From the sequence record SRR22947727_5165: DNA of 32,704 nt. One strand, given 5' to 3'. Of this stretch, positions 17,861 to 27,297 are shown piece after piece (the stretch's first letter is position 1; the number at the start of each line of letters is the position of its first letter). The position numbers and the translations under genes were made by a program. Below the pieces are notes generated by a model. It saw nothing but the letters and a program-made list of their open reading frames with translations. It did no database searches and had not been told where the DNA came from.

Positions 17861-19174
17861 TTGGCCAATGTTGTCGTCATCGGTGCTCAATGGGGTGACG
17901 AGGGAAAAGGAAAGATCACCGATCTTCTGAGCCGCTCCGCTGATGTCGTGGTGCGTTATCAGGGAGGCGTTAACGCTGGTCACACCATCGTGGTGGACGG
18001 TCGAGTGCTCAAACTCCACCTGATCCCTTCCGGAATCCTCTACCCAGACACCACGTGCCTGATCGGCTCCGGGACCGTTGTTGATCCCAAGGTGATGCTT
18101 GGAGAACTCGACATGCTGATCTCCAACGGGATCGACATTTCAGGCCTCAAGTTGGCATCGACTGCGCACGTCACGATGCCTTACCACCGCCTCTTGGATC
18201 TGGCGATGGAAAAGCAACGAGGTGAACGCAAAATCGGCACGACCGGCCGCGGCATCGGTCCCACCTACGCAGACAAGTCTCAGCGAAGTGGCATCCGTGT
18301 TCTCGACCTGCTCGATGAAGATCGGCTGCGTGATCGGCTTGAAGGCCCGCTGAGCGAGAAAAATCAACTGCTCGAAACCATCTATGGCGAAAAACCATTG
18401 GATGCTGAGGAAATTATCCGTGAATATCTGGCTTACGGAAAACGCTTAGCCCCTCATGTGGTGGATTGCACCCGCGCCATCCATGAAGCCGCAAGCGACC
18501 GCAAAAATATTCTTTTTGAAGGTGCACAAGGAACTCTGCTCGACCTCGATCACGGCACCTATCCCTATGTGACCTCCTCCAACCCAGTGTCAGGAGGTGC
18601 CTGCATCGGTGCTGGCGTCGGTCCGACTCTGATCGACAGGGTGATTGGAGTCGCCAAGGCCTACACCACTCGGGTTGGAGAAGGTCCCTTCCCCACAGAA
18701 CTCTCTGGAAGCTTGAACGACCAGCTGTGTGATCGAGGCGGAGAATTTGGAACAACCACGGGCCGCCGCCGCCGCTGTGGCTGGTTTGATGGCGTGATTG
18801 GGCGCTATGCCGTTCAAGTCAACGGACTGGATTGCCTTGCGATCACCAAGCTCGATGTGCTGGACGAAATGGATGAAATCCAAGTGTCAGTGGCCTACGA
18901 GCTTGATGGCGAACGCATCGATTACTTCCCCAGCAGCTCCGAAGATTTCGCTCGTTGCAAGCCAATCTTTGAGACCCTCCCTGGCTGGCAATGTTCCACA
19001 GCTGAATGCCGTCGGCTGGAAGACCTTCCTGCCCCGGCGATGGCTTACCTACGCTTCCTAGCCGACCTGATGGACGTGCCGATTGCGATCGTTTCCCTCG
19101 GTGCCAGCCGAGACCAAACGATCGTGGTGGAGGATCCGATCCATGGTCCTAAGCGCGCTCTCCTCAGCGCCTAA
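17861..19174 (+). CDS. purA: Adenylosuccinate synthetase
   Basis: [53 protein letters not shown] start at 17861 gives MANVVVIG. Confidence 0.98.
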   Translation: MANVVVIGAQWGDEGKGKITDLLSRSADVVVRYQGGVNAGHTIVVDGRVLKLHLIPSGILYPDTTCLIGSGTVVDPKVMLGELDMLISNGIDISGLKLASTAHVTMPYHRLLDLAMEKQRGERKIGTTGRGIGPTYADKSQRSGIRVLDLLDEDRLRDRLEGPLSEKNQLLETIYGEKPLDAEEIIREYLAYGKRLAPHVVDCTRAIHEAASDRKNILFEGAQGTLLDLDHGTYPYVTSSNPVSGGACIGAGVGPTLIDRVIGVAKAYTTRVGEGPFPTELSGSLNDQLCDRGGEFGTTTGRRRRCGWFDGVIGRYAVQVNGLDCLAITKLDVLDEMDEIQVSVAYELDGERIDYFPSSSEDFARCKPIFETLPGWQCSTAECRRLEDLPAPAMAYLRFLADLMDVPIAIVSLGASRDQTIVVEDPIHGPKRALLSA

Positions 19175-19248
19175 GCGCACTCGCATCGCCCCCTCAGAGC
19201 AGCGATCCAACGAACAGCCATACTTTCGCTGTATTAACGACAGCAGAG

Positions 19249-20262
19249 ATGTCCTCCACTCCCCGGTTCAGCACTGCAAGTTCTCTCGACGTGGTGGGCA
19301 TCGGTAACGCCATCGTCGATGTGTTGGTTCAAACCGAGGACCAGTTTCTGAGCGATCACAACCTCAGCAAGGGCAGCATGGCCCTTGTGGACGAAGACCA
19401 AGCCAAAAGCCTCTACGACGCCAGCGGTCCAGGTCTCGAAACCTCCGGAGGTTCAGCTGCAAACACACTGGCTGGCCTCGCTCAACTCGGAAGCAAGGCC
19501 GGTTTCATTGGTCGTGTTCGTGACGACCAACTCGGGTCCATCTTTATCCACGACATCCAGTCTGTTGGGACCCGTTTCGAGACACCGGCTGCCGTGAGCG
19601 GTGCGAGCACAGCCCGTTGCCTCATTCTCGTGACCTCGGATGCTGAACGCACCATGTGCACCTATCTCGGTGCCTCAACCCAACTGGACCCTGATGATCT
19701 CGACCTCTCCATGGTTCGCGACACGAAGGTGCTCTATCTCGAGGGCTACCTCTGGGACAGTCCTGCAGCAAAAAAGGCCTTCATCACAGCCGCAGAAGCC
19801 TGCCGGGAAAGCGGCGGGCAAGTAGCCCTGTCGCTTTCCGATGGCTTCTGCGTTGATCGTCACCGTGAAAGCTTTCTCGAGCTTGTTGACGGACATGTAG
19901 ATGTGCTCTTTGCCAACGAGGATGAGATCAAATCGCTGTACGGAGCAGCTGACTTCGAGAGCGCGCTTGAGCAAGTCAAAGGTCGCTGCAGCGTGGCCGT
20001 CTTAACCCGCAGCGCTCAAGGCTCTGTCGTGCTCTGCGGGGATCAGCGCTGGGAAATCCCCTCCTACAAGCTCGGAGATCTCGTCGACACCACAGGAGCC
20101 GGCGATCTCTATGCGGGTGGTTTCCTGCATGGCTACACCCATGACTTCCCTTTAGACGTCTGCGGCAAAATGGGGTCCATCTGTGCCGGGCAGGTCGTGA
20201 CCCAATTAGGACCTCGCTCAAAGGTTTCACTGCCTGATCTGATCGCTAAGCATCTGGATTGA
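19249..20262 (+). CDS. PfkB family carbohydrate/nucleoside kinase (adenosine kinase-like)
   Basis: GIGNAIVD, SGGSAANT, ERTM, FANEDE, DTTGAGDLYAGGF. Confidence 0.92.
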   Translation: MSSTPRFSTASSLDVVGIGNAIVDVLVQTEDQFLSDHNLSKGSMALVDEDQAKSLYDASGPGLETSGGSAANTLAGLAQLGSKAGFIGRVRDDQLGSIFIHDIQSVGTRFETPAAVSGASTARCLILVTSDAERTMCTYLGASTQLDPDDLDLSMVRDTKVLYLEGYLWDSPAAKKAFITAAEACRESGGQVALSLSDGFCVDRHRESFLELVDGHVDVLFANEDEIKSLYGAADFESALEQVKGRCSVAVLTRSAQGSVVLCGDQRWEIPSYKLGDLVDTTGAGDLYAGGFLHGYTHDFPLDVCGKMGSICAGQVVTQLGPRSKVSLPDLIAKHLD

Positions 20263-20578
20263 TCGACGCCGCGGCCCAAGCGCCATAGGCGTGCGATGGC
20301 CGAGCCTGCCAGTGAAGAATCTCGGGGTTGTTGTAGCTGTGGAGCGCCTCAATAGCCCCGAGCACCGCGTTCAAACCAGGTGCCGTGGTCTTGATCAAAA
20401 GCTGCACTTCATCGGCACGTTCAACCCGTCCTTCCCAGCGATAGCAAGACTGAATGGCCTGAAAGCTCACACAAGCGGCGAGCTCACGGCTGATCAGCTG
20501 CTCAGCGAGTGCAGAGGCTCTCTGTTGATCAGCCTCGGTGGTTAAGACCAACCACAAAGAATCAGGGAGTTGTGCCAT
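20246..20578 (-). CDS. cutA: Divalent-cation tolerance protein CutA
   Basis: LAACV, SCYRWEG, EVQLLIKT, HSYNNPEI. Confidence 0.93.
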   Translation of the reverse strand: MAQLPDSLWLVLTTEADQQRASALAEQLISRELAACVSFQAIQSCYRWEGRVERADEVQLLIKTTAPGLNAVLGAIEALHSYNNPEILHWQARPSHAYGAWAAASINPDA

Positions 20579-21356
20579 TCAGATGCGCCAGAAGCTGGCT
20601 CACGCTATGCACGACGGGAACTTCAGCAATGGGTGAAGGTCGGCGCAGGAGCCACAACGCAAACCCCATTTCCATCGAAAGGCTCGCCCAGAGCGCCTCA
20701 GTCGCTCCTCCCGACTGCCTACAGACCACGTCTGTGATCGCCCAGCGCCTGCAAACAGCAGCTTCCAGCGCACCTGGCTGGGGACCCTGAAGTGGTCGCA
20801 CCACCGCTAAGTGTTCTGGTGGAACGCCTGCTGCCGCTGCCTTCATGAGAGACATTGGCGAAGGAAGAACTCGGGCAAACACTGTGGCCCCTGCGTCACG
20901 AGCGACCTGCGCTGCTTCAACCAACTGGCGGGCACCAAGGGCCAGGAGAAGTCGTCGTCCCGATAGGCCGTGATCAGCAAGGTCGGCCATGGAGCCGAGT
21001 ACAACCGCCTTGCCTGAGGCCTCCATCCGCCGTTCGAATCGCACCAACCCCTGGCCCGAGACCTTGCAAGCCTGGTTCAACTGGTCACTGATCCTCAGCG
21101 CAAACGGGTGCGTGGCATCCACAACCCAATCCACAGGAATCGTCTGCAGCCATTGAGAAATTCCCTGTGAACCACCCAGAGCACCCACGTGGATCTCGTC
21201 CACATCCATTCCTCGATAGGGATGGGCCGCCTTGGCGCCCACGACGCTGACATGGACATGCCAGCCCTGTGAGATCAAAGCCTCAGCTAAGCGCGGGCCA
21301 TCACCCGTCCCTGCCAGCAACCAGACAGTCCCCTGGCGATTCTCCTGTCGGTGCAT
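20562..21356 (-). CDS. cobK: Precorrin-6A/cobalt-precorrin-6A reductase
   Basis: LLAGTGDG, VVDATHPFA, RFER, ARVLP, RQSGG. ATG 21356 chosen; the ORF track extends to 21377. Confidence 0.92.
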   Translation of the reverse strand: MHRQENRQGTVWLLAGTGDGPRLAEALISQGWHVHVSVVGAKAAHPYRGMDVDEIHVGALGGSQGISQWLQTIPVDWVVDATHPFALRISDQLNQACKVSGQGLVRFERRMEASGKAVVLGSMADLADHGLSGRRLLLALGARQLVEAAQVARDAGATVFARVLPSPMSLMKAAAAGVPPEHLAVVRPLQGPQPGALEAAVCRRWAITDVVCRQSGGATEALWASLSMEMGFALWLLRRPSPIAEVPVVHSVSQLLAHLNGTTP

Positions 21357-21385
21357 CAGGATGGCGCTCACTGTCACAGCTGAGA

Positions 21386-21880
21386 ATGAACCACTGCGTG
21401 CTCGAGGTGGATGTCCTTCAAGCTCCCACCCTGCGATACACCCAAGACAATCAAACGCCCATTGCTGAGATGGACGTGTCCTTCGATGCCCTCAGGCCCG
21501 ATGACCCCAAAGGGCAGTTGAAAGTGGTGGGATGGGGCAACCTCGCTCAAGACCTTCAAAACCGAGTGCAGGTCGGGCAGCGTCTCGTCATTGAAGGCCG
21601 ACTGCGTATGAATACGGTTCCCCGGCAAGACGGCACGAAAGAGAAAAAAGCTGAGTTCACCCTCTCGCGGCTGCATTCAGTGGGCGCGGCTGGATCCACG
21701 ACAGCATCAAGCCAAGGCCAGCCCCCTGCCGCTGCGCGCACAGCTCCAGCTCGACCCGTACCAGCTCAAATGCCTCAGTCCTCCGAATCAGCGGGCAAGC
21801 CAGCGCCGGCCGGCCAGGATTCAGCGGCTCAGTGGAACACCTCTCCCCTCGTTCCCGAGACCGACGACATTCCCTTTTAA
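21386..21880 (+). CDS. ssb: Single-stranded DNA-binding protein (cyanobacterial paralog type)
   Basis: OB fold (PTLRYTQD...VVGWGNLA...IEGRL), Pro/Ala/Gln-rich linker, acidic DDIPF tail. ATG at 21386. Confidence 0.88.
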   Translation: MNHCVLEVDVLQAPTLRYTQDNQTPIAEMDVSFDALRPDDPKGQLKVVGWGNLAQDLQNRVQVGQRLVIEGRLRMNTVPRQDGTKEKKAEFTLSRLHSVGAAGSTTASSQGQPPAAARTAPARPVPAQMPQSSESAGKPAPAGQDSAAQWNTSPLVPETDDIPF

Positions 21881-21901
21881 AACCAAGGGGCTCCAAAGTT
21901 T

Positions 21902-22096
21902 TCACTGACTTTTGTCAGAACATTGCTCTGCAGCACGCAACAGCAGCTGACCGAGCTCTCGCTCGAGAGCCGCTAAATCCAGTCTTAACTCTGGCCAGCG
22001 GCCGCGATCAATTTGTTCGAGCAACCAAGCACGATCGGCCTCCAGCTGAACAATCAGCTCTCGGCTATCTACAGGCTGCACGGAGGGGATGTTCAT
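21902..22096 (-). CDS. Small hypothetical helical protein
   Basis: 64 aa with two amphipathic helices (LEADRAWLLEQID, LAALERELGQLL). Fits the gap between ssb and DUF2854. Confidence 0.65.
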   Translation of the reverse strand: MNIPSVQPVDSRELIVQLEADRAWLLEQIDRGRWPELRLDLAALERELGQLLLRAAEQCSDKSQ

Positions 22097-22163
22097 GTTT
22101 ATTGGACTTCTCCACCCATCCTGCAGCCCTCTTGGTCACAATGGCTTTAATGAACGGGCCCCC

Positions 22164-22730
22164 ATGAACGAGCTCATTTCGCCCGGAAGTCTGATCACCA
22201 TCGCTGGCGGTGTCCTCACCGTGGTTGGTGCTCTGGCCTACGGAGCTGGCAATGCCAATCTCAGCTTGCCCACCATTTTTTATGGAATTCCGATTCTTCT
22301 CGGGGGTCTTGCGCTCAAATCCTCAGAACTTCCCCCAGCACGCCGGGTGACACCCAAAGCAAAATTTCGCGAGGAACGCGAGGCTGCATCTCCTGAACTG
22401 GTCAAGCTCCTTAATGACGTCACCCGCTGGCGCTATGGGCAGAAAGCTCACCTCGAGAGCTCTCTCGAAGCGTTGAAACTCTGGGACGAGGACAAGCCTT
22501 CACAGCTGCTGGAAATTGAAGAGATCAGTAGTGAGGGTGGATATGGCCTCAGGATGCGTTTTGCCTGTGAAGCCGTCGGTCTCGAGCGCTGGCAAGAACG
22601 CCGCGAGCGCTTAGGTCGTTTTTTCGCCAAGGGTTTAGAGGCGCAAATCCTGCCGTTGGAGAACGATCAACTCGATTTGAAGCTGCTTCCAAAGAGTGAC
22701 GCCACGACAAGCGAGCATGGAGAACCCTGA
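22164..22730 (+). CDS. DUF2854 family thylakoid protein (APE1-like)
   Basis: Two N-terminal TM helices, [37 protein letters not shown] at 22164. Confidence 0.8.
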   Translation: MNELISPGSLITIAGGVLTVVGALAYGAGNANLSLPTIFYGIPILLGGLALKSSELPPARRVTPKAKFREEREAASPELVKLLNDVTRWRYGQKAHLESSLEALKLWDEDKPSQLLEIEEISSEGGYGLRMRFACEAVGLERWQERRERLGRFFAKGLEAQILPLENDQLDLKLLPKSDATTSEHGEP

Positions 22731-23598
22731 GCAGCTTCACATGGATGATTCCCTAAGGGTCTCCGTCCTGAGCGAGGCCCTCCCCTACATCCAACGTTTT
22801 GCTGGGCGGCGGATCGTAGTCAAGTACGGCGGTGCAGCCATGGTCCACGCAGAATTGCGTGATGCCGTCTTTCGCGACATCGCCCTGCTGGCCAGTGTGG
22901 GTGTGCAACCTGTGGTTGTTCATGGCGGAGGCCCAGAGATCAACACCTGGCTGAAGCGGCTCAATATTCCCTCTGAATTTCGTGACGGCTTGCGCGTCAC
23001 CGATGCCGACACGATGGACGTGGTGGAGATGGTTCTTGTCGGCCGCGTGAACAAACAGATCGTCAATGGACTCAACCGACTTGGAGCAAGTGCTGTAGGT
23101 CTCAGCGGTAGTGACGGCCGACTGGTCGAGGCACGTCCCTGGGGTGATGGCAACCACGGCTTGGTCGGCGATGTGGCACGGGTGAATCCAGATGTGTTGG
23201 AACCACTCCTGGCACGGGGATACGTTCCCGTGATTTCAAGCGTGGCTGCCAACCCGGAAGGGGAATCTCACAACATCAATGCCGACACAGTTGCTGGTGA
23301 GCTTGCTGCCGCACTCGAAGCGGAAAAATTGGTTTTGCTAACGGACACCCCAGGAATCCTTCGCGATCGTGACAACCCCGACTCCCTGATCCGACAACTC
23401 CGGCTGTCTGAGGCACGGCAATTGATCCACGACGGTGTTGTTGCCGGTGGGATGACGCCAAAAACCGAATGTTGTATTCGTGCCCTGGCTCAAGGGGTTG
23501 CTGCAGCGCACATCGTGGATGGTCGTGTCCCCCACGCCTTGCTCCTTGAAGTGTTTACAGATGCAGGCATCGGAACGATGGTTCTGGGCCGCGGTTAA
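22717..23598 (+). CDS. argB: Acetylglutamate kinase
   Basis: [44 protein letters not shown]-like EVFT. Start at 22717 or 22741. Confidence 0.97.
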   Translation: MENPEQLHMDDSLRVSVLSEALPYIQRFAGRRIVVKYGGAAMVHAELRDAVFRDIALLASVGVQPVVVHGGGPEINTWLKRLNIPSEFRDGLRVTDADTMDVVEMVLVGRVNKQIVNGLNRLGASAVGLSGSDGRLVEARPWGDGNHGLVGDVARVNPDVLEPLLARGYVPVISSVAANPEGESHNINADTVAGELAAALEAEKLVLLTDTPGILRDRDNPDSLIRQLRLSEARQLIHDGVVAGGMTPKTECCIRALAQGVAAAHIVDGRVPHALLLEVFTDAGIGTMVLGRG

Positions 23599-23601
23599 TC
23601 G

Positions 23602-24696
23602 ATGACCAATGCACTGGCAGCCGCGGAAGCCGCTCTCGAGCGTGGCGATTACGGCCAGTGCATCGCACTGTTGGAGCCGCTAGCAGAAGCCAACCCGATC
23701 ACGAACAGTCAAGGGGCTGAGATCCGCATGCTGTTGGTCACAGCTTGGATGGGGAAGGGAGATGAAAGCAAAGCGCTGAGCATCTGCCGACTGCTCACGC
23801 GTTGCAAGGATCTAGAGGTGCGCAACAGGGCGCGGCAGTTGCTGGATGTTCTTGAGGCGCCAAGCCTGGCAAGACCTGAGAGCTGGTCGATGCAACTCCC
23901 GACTTTGGAGATGGATCCAAGTGTGGGCAAACGTCCAAAGCTGTTGAGTCGCCGCAAGCTGCCGCCGCCGCCGCCATCACCTCCCACCGGTCCAACCAGG
24001 GCCCCAGCAGCAGGCTTCGCGGTGCTGGTCATCACCGTGCTGGTGGGGTTAACACTCTTGTTGAGTGGCTGCGTACGCATCACCGCAGACCTCAGTCTCC
24101 CTGGACCAGACAGGGTGGAGATGGCTTGGACAATCGACAGCCGCAGTGGCTTACAACTTCCTTGGCAGGACGCATTCAGCCAGGAGTTGAGGGCGAGGCA
24201 TCTGCCTTGGAACATTCGAAACGCAGGCAACGGTCACCTTGAGGTGAAAGCACCAACTCAAAACAGTGAAGAGGCCTCTGCACTCCTTAGCCAAACGGTT
24301 GCGGCAGCAGGGCGAACCGCCGGCCTTCTCTTGCCGGCACCCACCCTCAAACTGGATGAGCGCAATTGGCTTGTCGGTCTTAAGCAGGAGCTGCTCTTGG
24401 AGCTGGATCTCAGCGCTCTTGACAGCCTGAATGAGCTACAAATCGCGGTACGCCTTAGGGACCAAGCGAGCTTGCGCAGCTTGCAAAGCAGCCCTGCCGT
24501 GGCGAGCAAAAATGCCAAGGGTGAGCTCATCTGGCCGCTCACAATTGGCGTTCAGAATCGTTTGCAGTGGAGTCAATGGCGCTGGAGCCGCCTTGGACTC
24601 GGCAGTCTTGCGATCTTGGCGCTGCTTGTGTTGACCGCTGGCCTGCAACGGCTTCGGCTGCTTATGGGTTTCGGCTACCCGGAATTACCGTCCTGA
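23602..24696 (+). CDS. DUF3153-like membrane protein with N-terminal TPR-like domain
   Basis: TPR-like N-terminus (AEAALERGDYGQC), Pro-rich linker, TM ending LLLSGC, C-terminal TM. Confidence 0.75.
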   Translation: MTNALAAAEAALERGDYGQCIALLEPLAEANPITNSQGAEIRMLLVTAWMGKGDESKALSICRLLTRCKDLEVRNRARQLLDVLEAPSLARPESWSMQLPTLEMDPSVGKRPKLLSRRKLPPPPPSPPTGPTRAPAAGFAVLVITVLVGLTLLLSGCVRITADLSLPGPDRVEMAWTIDSRSGLQLPWQDAFSQELRARHLPWNIRNAGNGHLEVKAPTQNSEEASALLSQTVAAAGRTAGLLLPAPTLKLDERNWLVGLKQELLLELDLSALDSLNELQIAVRLRDQASLRSLQSSPAVASKNAKGELIWPLTIGVQNRLQWSQWRWSRLGLGSLAILALLVLTAGLQRLRLLMGFGYPELPS

Positions 24697-24698
24697 GT

Positions 24699-26978
24699 TC
24701 AGAGCTGCAGCGGGTCTGGATCAACAGCCAGGGCTACACCACTGGGTAAGCCATCCCACAGAGAGCTCCCGGGTGGCAAAGGCAAAGGCGAAGCTTGTGG
24801 ACCATGCATCAATAGCTGCCAGCGACTGCGACCAGCAACCCGTGCCACCGGAGCTGGAGCAGGGCCAATGAGCTGCCAACCGGCGTTAATGCAACCGGGG
24901 CGCAGTTGTTCCGCCAACACAGCTGCTGCTGTTGCCGTTGTAGATGCGGACGTCCCAGACAACCGCAACACGCACGCCCTGGCATAGGGCACCAATCCGG
25001 CTTCGCGGCGCTCTTGAGCTTCCTCCTCCAGAAAACGCTCATAACGGCCATCCACTAAATGCAAGATCACCGGATGATCAGGGCTATAGGTCTGAACGAG
25101 CACTTGCCCAGGACGCTCTCCACGGCCAGCCCTGCCTGCCAATTGCAACAACAACTGAAGCGCCTGCTCCCCAGCCCGGAGATCGGGACGATGCAACAGG
25201 CCATCAGCGGCCAACACGGCGGCAAGCGTGACGCGCGGTAAATCCATCCCTTTCGCCAGCATTTGGGTTCCAACCAAGACATCGGCTTCACCAGCTGCAA
25301 ATTGATCCAACAAACGCCGATGTCCGTCGCGTCCACCCGTGGTGTCGCGATCAAAGCGCAACAACCTCAGTCCCTCCAACTCAGACTCCAGCTGTTCCAA
25401 AACCCTTTGCGTGCCAGCGCCGAAGGGCTTAAAAGCCGACGAGCCACAGTGCCCGCAGTTGGCTGCGACCGGGGCTCGATGATCACACCAGTGGCAACGC
25501 AGCCACTGGTGACCGGTGCTTTTCCCATGAACGGTTAACGCCACATCGCAGTGAGGACACTGGACGACCTCACCACAGCTGCGGCAGCTCACAAACGTGC
25601 TGTAACCACGGCGTGGCACCAAGACAACCGCCTGCTCCCCCTGTTCGGGAAGTTTCGACAACCGATCCATCAGCGCCCTGCTGATCAAGCGCCGATGGCC
25701 ATCGGCGAGCTCATGGCGCATGTCAATGATCTGAACCGGGGGCAAAGGTTGAGCCGAGATGCGCTGTTGAAGCCGAGCCAAGGCCAACGGTCCTTCTGGG
25801 GCTAGCTGAATCCAGGTTTCAAGGGAGGGTGTTGCACTTCCAAGCAACAGACGACCTCCCTCCCGTTGCACTCTCGCCATCGCGAGGTCACGGGCGTGAT
25901 AGCAGGGCATCGGGGACTCCTGCTTATAGGAGCTGTCGTGCTCCTCGTCCAACACGATCAAACCCAAGGGGCTAAGCGGCAGAAAGATGGAGGAGCGGGT
26001 GCCAACGATGACGAGTGGCTCCTCTGCATCCAGGCTGTTGCGCCAGGTGCGGACCCGTTCTCGTTCCGTGCAACCACTGTGATATTCGAGCACTCGAGAA
26101 CCAAATCGACTCCGACAGCGATCCACCAGTTGGGGAATGAGACCAATTTCAGGCGTCAGCAACAACACATGCCGTCCTGCAGCCAACTCATCAGCAGCGA
26201 GCTGGAGATACACCTCGGTCTTGCCTGAACCGGTGATCCCCCAAAGCAGCACACCCCCACCATCGGGCTGATCTTTAAAGGTGTCGATCGCAACCTGCTG
26301 CTCGTCAGTGAGCGTTCTTGGCGCTTCGGTCGCCGCAGCCAAGCCCAGCGACAGCGTGCTTCGTTGCCCATCAGTGGCGAGACGCAACTCACGAACCAGA
26401 CGCTCTCGGCGCACCAGAGCTTGGACAAGTCCTGCTTGAAAACCTGCAGCAACGAGATCTCGCTGCCACGCGCCTCCTCCTAACTCCTGCAACTTGGCGA
26501 CCAAGCAGGCCTGTCGCTCAGGCAAGTCAGCCTCAAAACTGGCGCTGCTTTCAGACAAAGACACCCACCACAGCCTGCGTTCCTTCACGGTTGAAACCAC
26601 GCGCTGCCCCAACCAACCAGGAGGGAGAGCTGCTTTCAACATTCGAAACGGGCTGGTGTGGCAACGCTGCGCCATCTCCTCAAGCCACAACCTCCAGGCC
26701 TTTCCGACAGCAACGGGTTGAAGGAGAGCTTCCACCGGCTGAAGCGGGCGATTCTCATCCTCAGGTTGTGTGCGGCAAGCCGTGACCAACCCTTGAATGC
26801 GACGACCGCGAAGAGACACCTGAACAAGGTCCCCTAAACGGACATTCAGCTGCTTGCGATCGCAGTAGGTGAAGGTGCGACCATCCCGACCAGCCTCAAG
26901 CCAAACATCGACCACCACTAGAACTGGCGGAGGGCGAACGGGGTTTTCTGAAAAATCGGTTATTGGGGTTGCGTTCAT
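24699..26978 (-). CDS. priA: Primosomal protein N' (replication restart helicase)
   Basis: GITGSGKTEVY, DEEH, SATPS, four CxxC zinc motifs, GTQMLAKGMD, QLAGRAGR, terminal VDP. Confidence 0.97.
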   Translation of the reverse strand: MNATPITDFSENPVRPPPVLVVVDVWLEAGRDGRTFTYCDRKQLNVRLGDLVQVSLRGRRIQGLVTACRTQPEDENRPLQPVEALLQPVAVGKAWRLWLEEMAQRCHTSPFRMLKAALPPGWLGQRVVSTVKERRLWWVSLSESSASFEADLPERQACLVAKLQELGGGAWQRDLVAAGFQAGLVQALVRRERLVRELRLATDGQRSTLSLGLAAATEAPRTLTDEQQVAIDTFKDQPDGGGVLLWGITGSGKTEVYLQLAADELAAGRHVLLLTPEIGLIPQLVDRCRSRFGSRVLEYHSGCTERERVRTWRNSLDAEEPLVIVGTRSSIFLPLSPLGLIVLDEEHDSSYKQESPMPCYHARDLAMARVQREGGRLLLGSATPSLETWIQLAPEGPLALARLQQRISAQPLPPVQIIDMRHELADGHRRLISRALMDRLSKLPEQGEQAVVLVPRRGYSTFVSCRSCGEVVQCPHCDVALTVHGKSTGHQWLRCHWCDHRAPVAANCGHCGSSAFKPFGAGTQRVLEQLESELEGLRLLRFDRDTTGGRDGHRRLLDQFAAGEADVLVGTQMLAKGMDLPRVTLAAVLAADGLLHRPDLRAGEQALQLLLQLAGRAGRGERPGQVLVQTYSPDHPVILHLVDGRYERFLEEEAQERREAGLVPYARACVLRLSGTSASTTATAAAVLAEQLRPGCINAGWQLIGPAPAPVARVAGRSRWQLLMHGPQASPLPLPPGSSLWDGLPSGVALAVDPDPLQL

Positions 26979-27297
26979 GACACCTTTTTTTTAAAATAAA
27001 AGGGTTGGACAGCTGAAAGGCTGTTGTTGGAACAAGCAGAGTTCCTTCCAAAGGGAAGATCCGAAGTTCGAGCCATGGGATTCCATGAAGCCGACCGGTC
27101 TGAGAATGCCCTTGACAGTTCTGCATCGGACCACTCCAGCTCTCTCAATTTTGCTTAACGCTCCGCGTTTTTCGTTGCGCACCGTTTCTATGACGGGAAG
27201 GTGACGCCACAAAAGCATCCGCCCTCATCCGGCCGGGTGCATTGACTGTTGATGACATTCGCTTCCTGTCCCGCTCTCTCCTTCGTTACTGACCGCC

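Noticed and set aside
21269..21385. ssb N-terminal extension in the ORF track
   Set aside because: It overlaps cobK on the opposite strand, and the OB fold begins at ATG 21386.
814..26863. HIP1 octamer GCGATCGC at 814, 7980 and 26856
   Set aside because: Only a few copies were noticed in 32 kb, which is not the dense enrichment of HIP1-rich cyanobacteria. The count was by eye.
27112..27117. Perfect TTGACA upstream of rpoD
   Set aside because: No credible -10 hexamer at 16-18 bp spacing.
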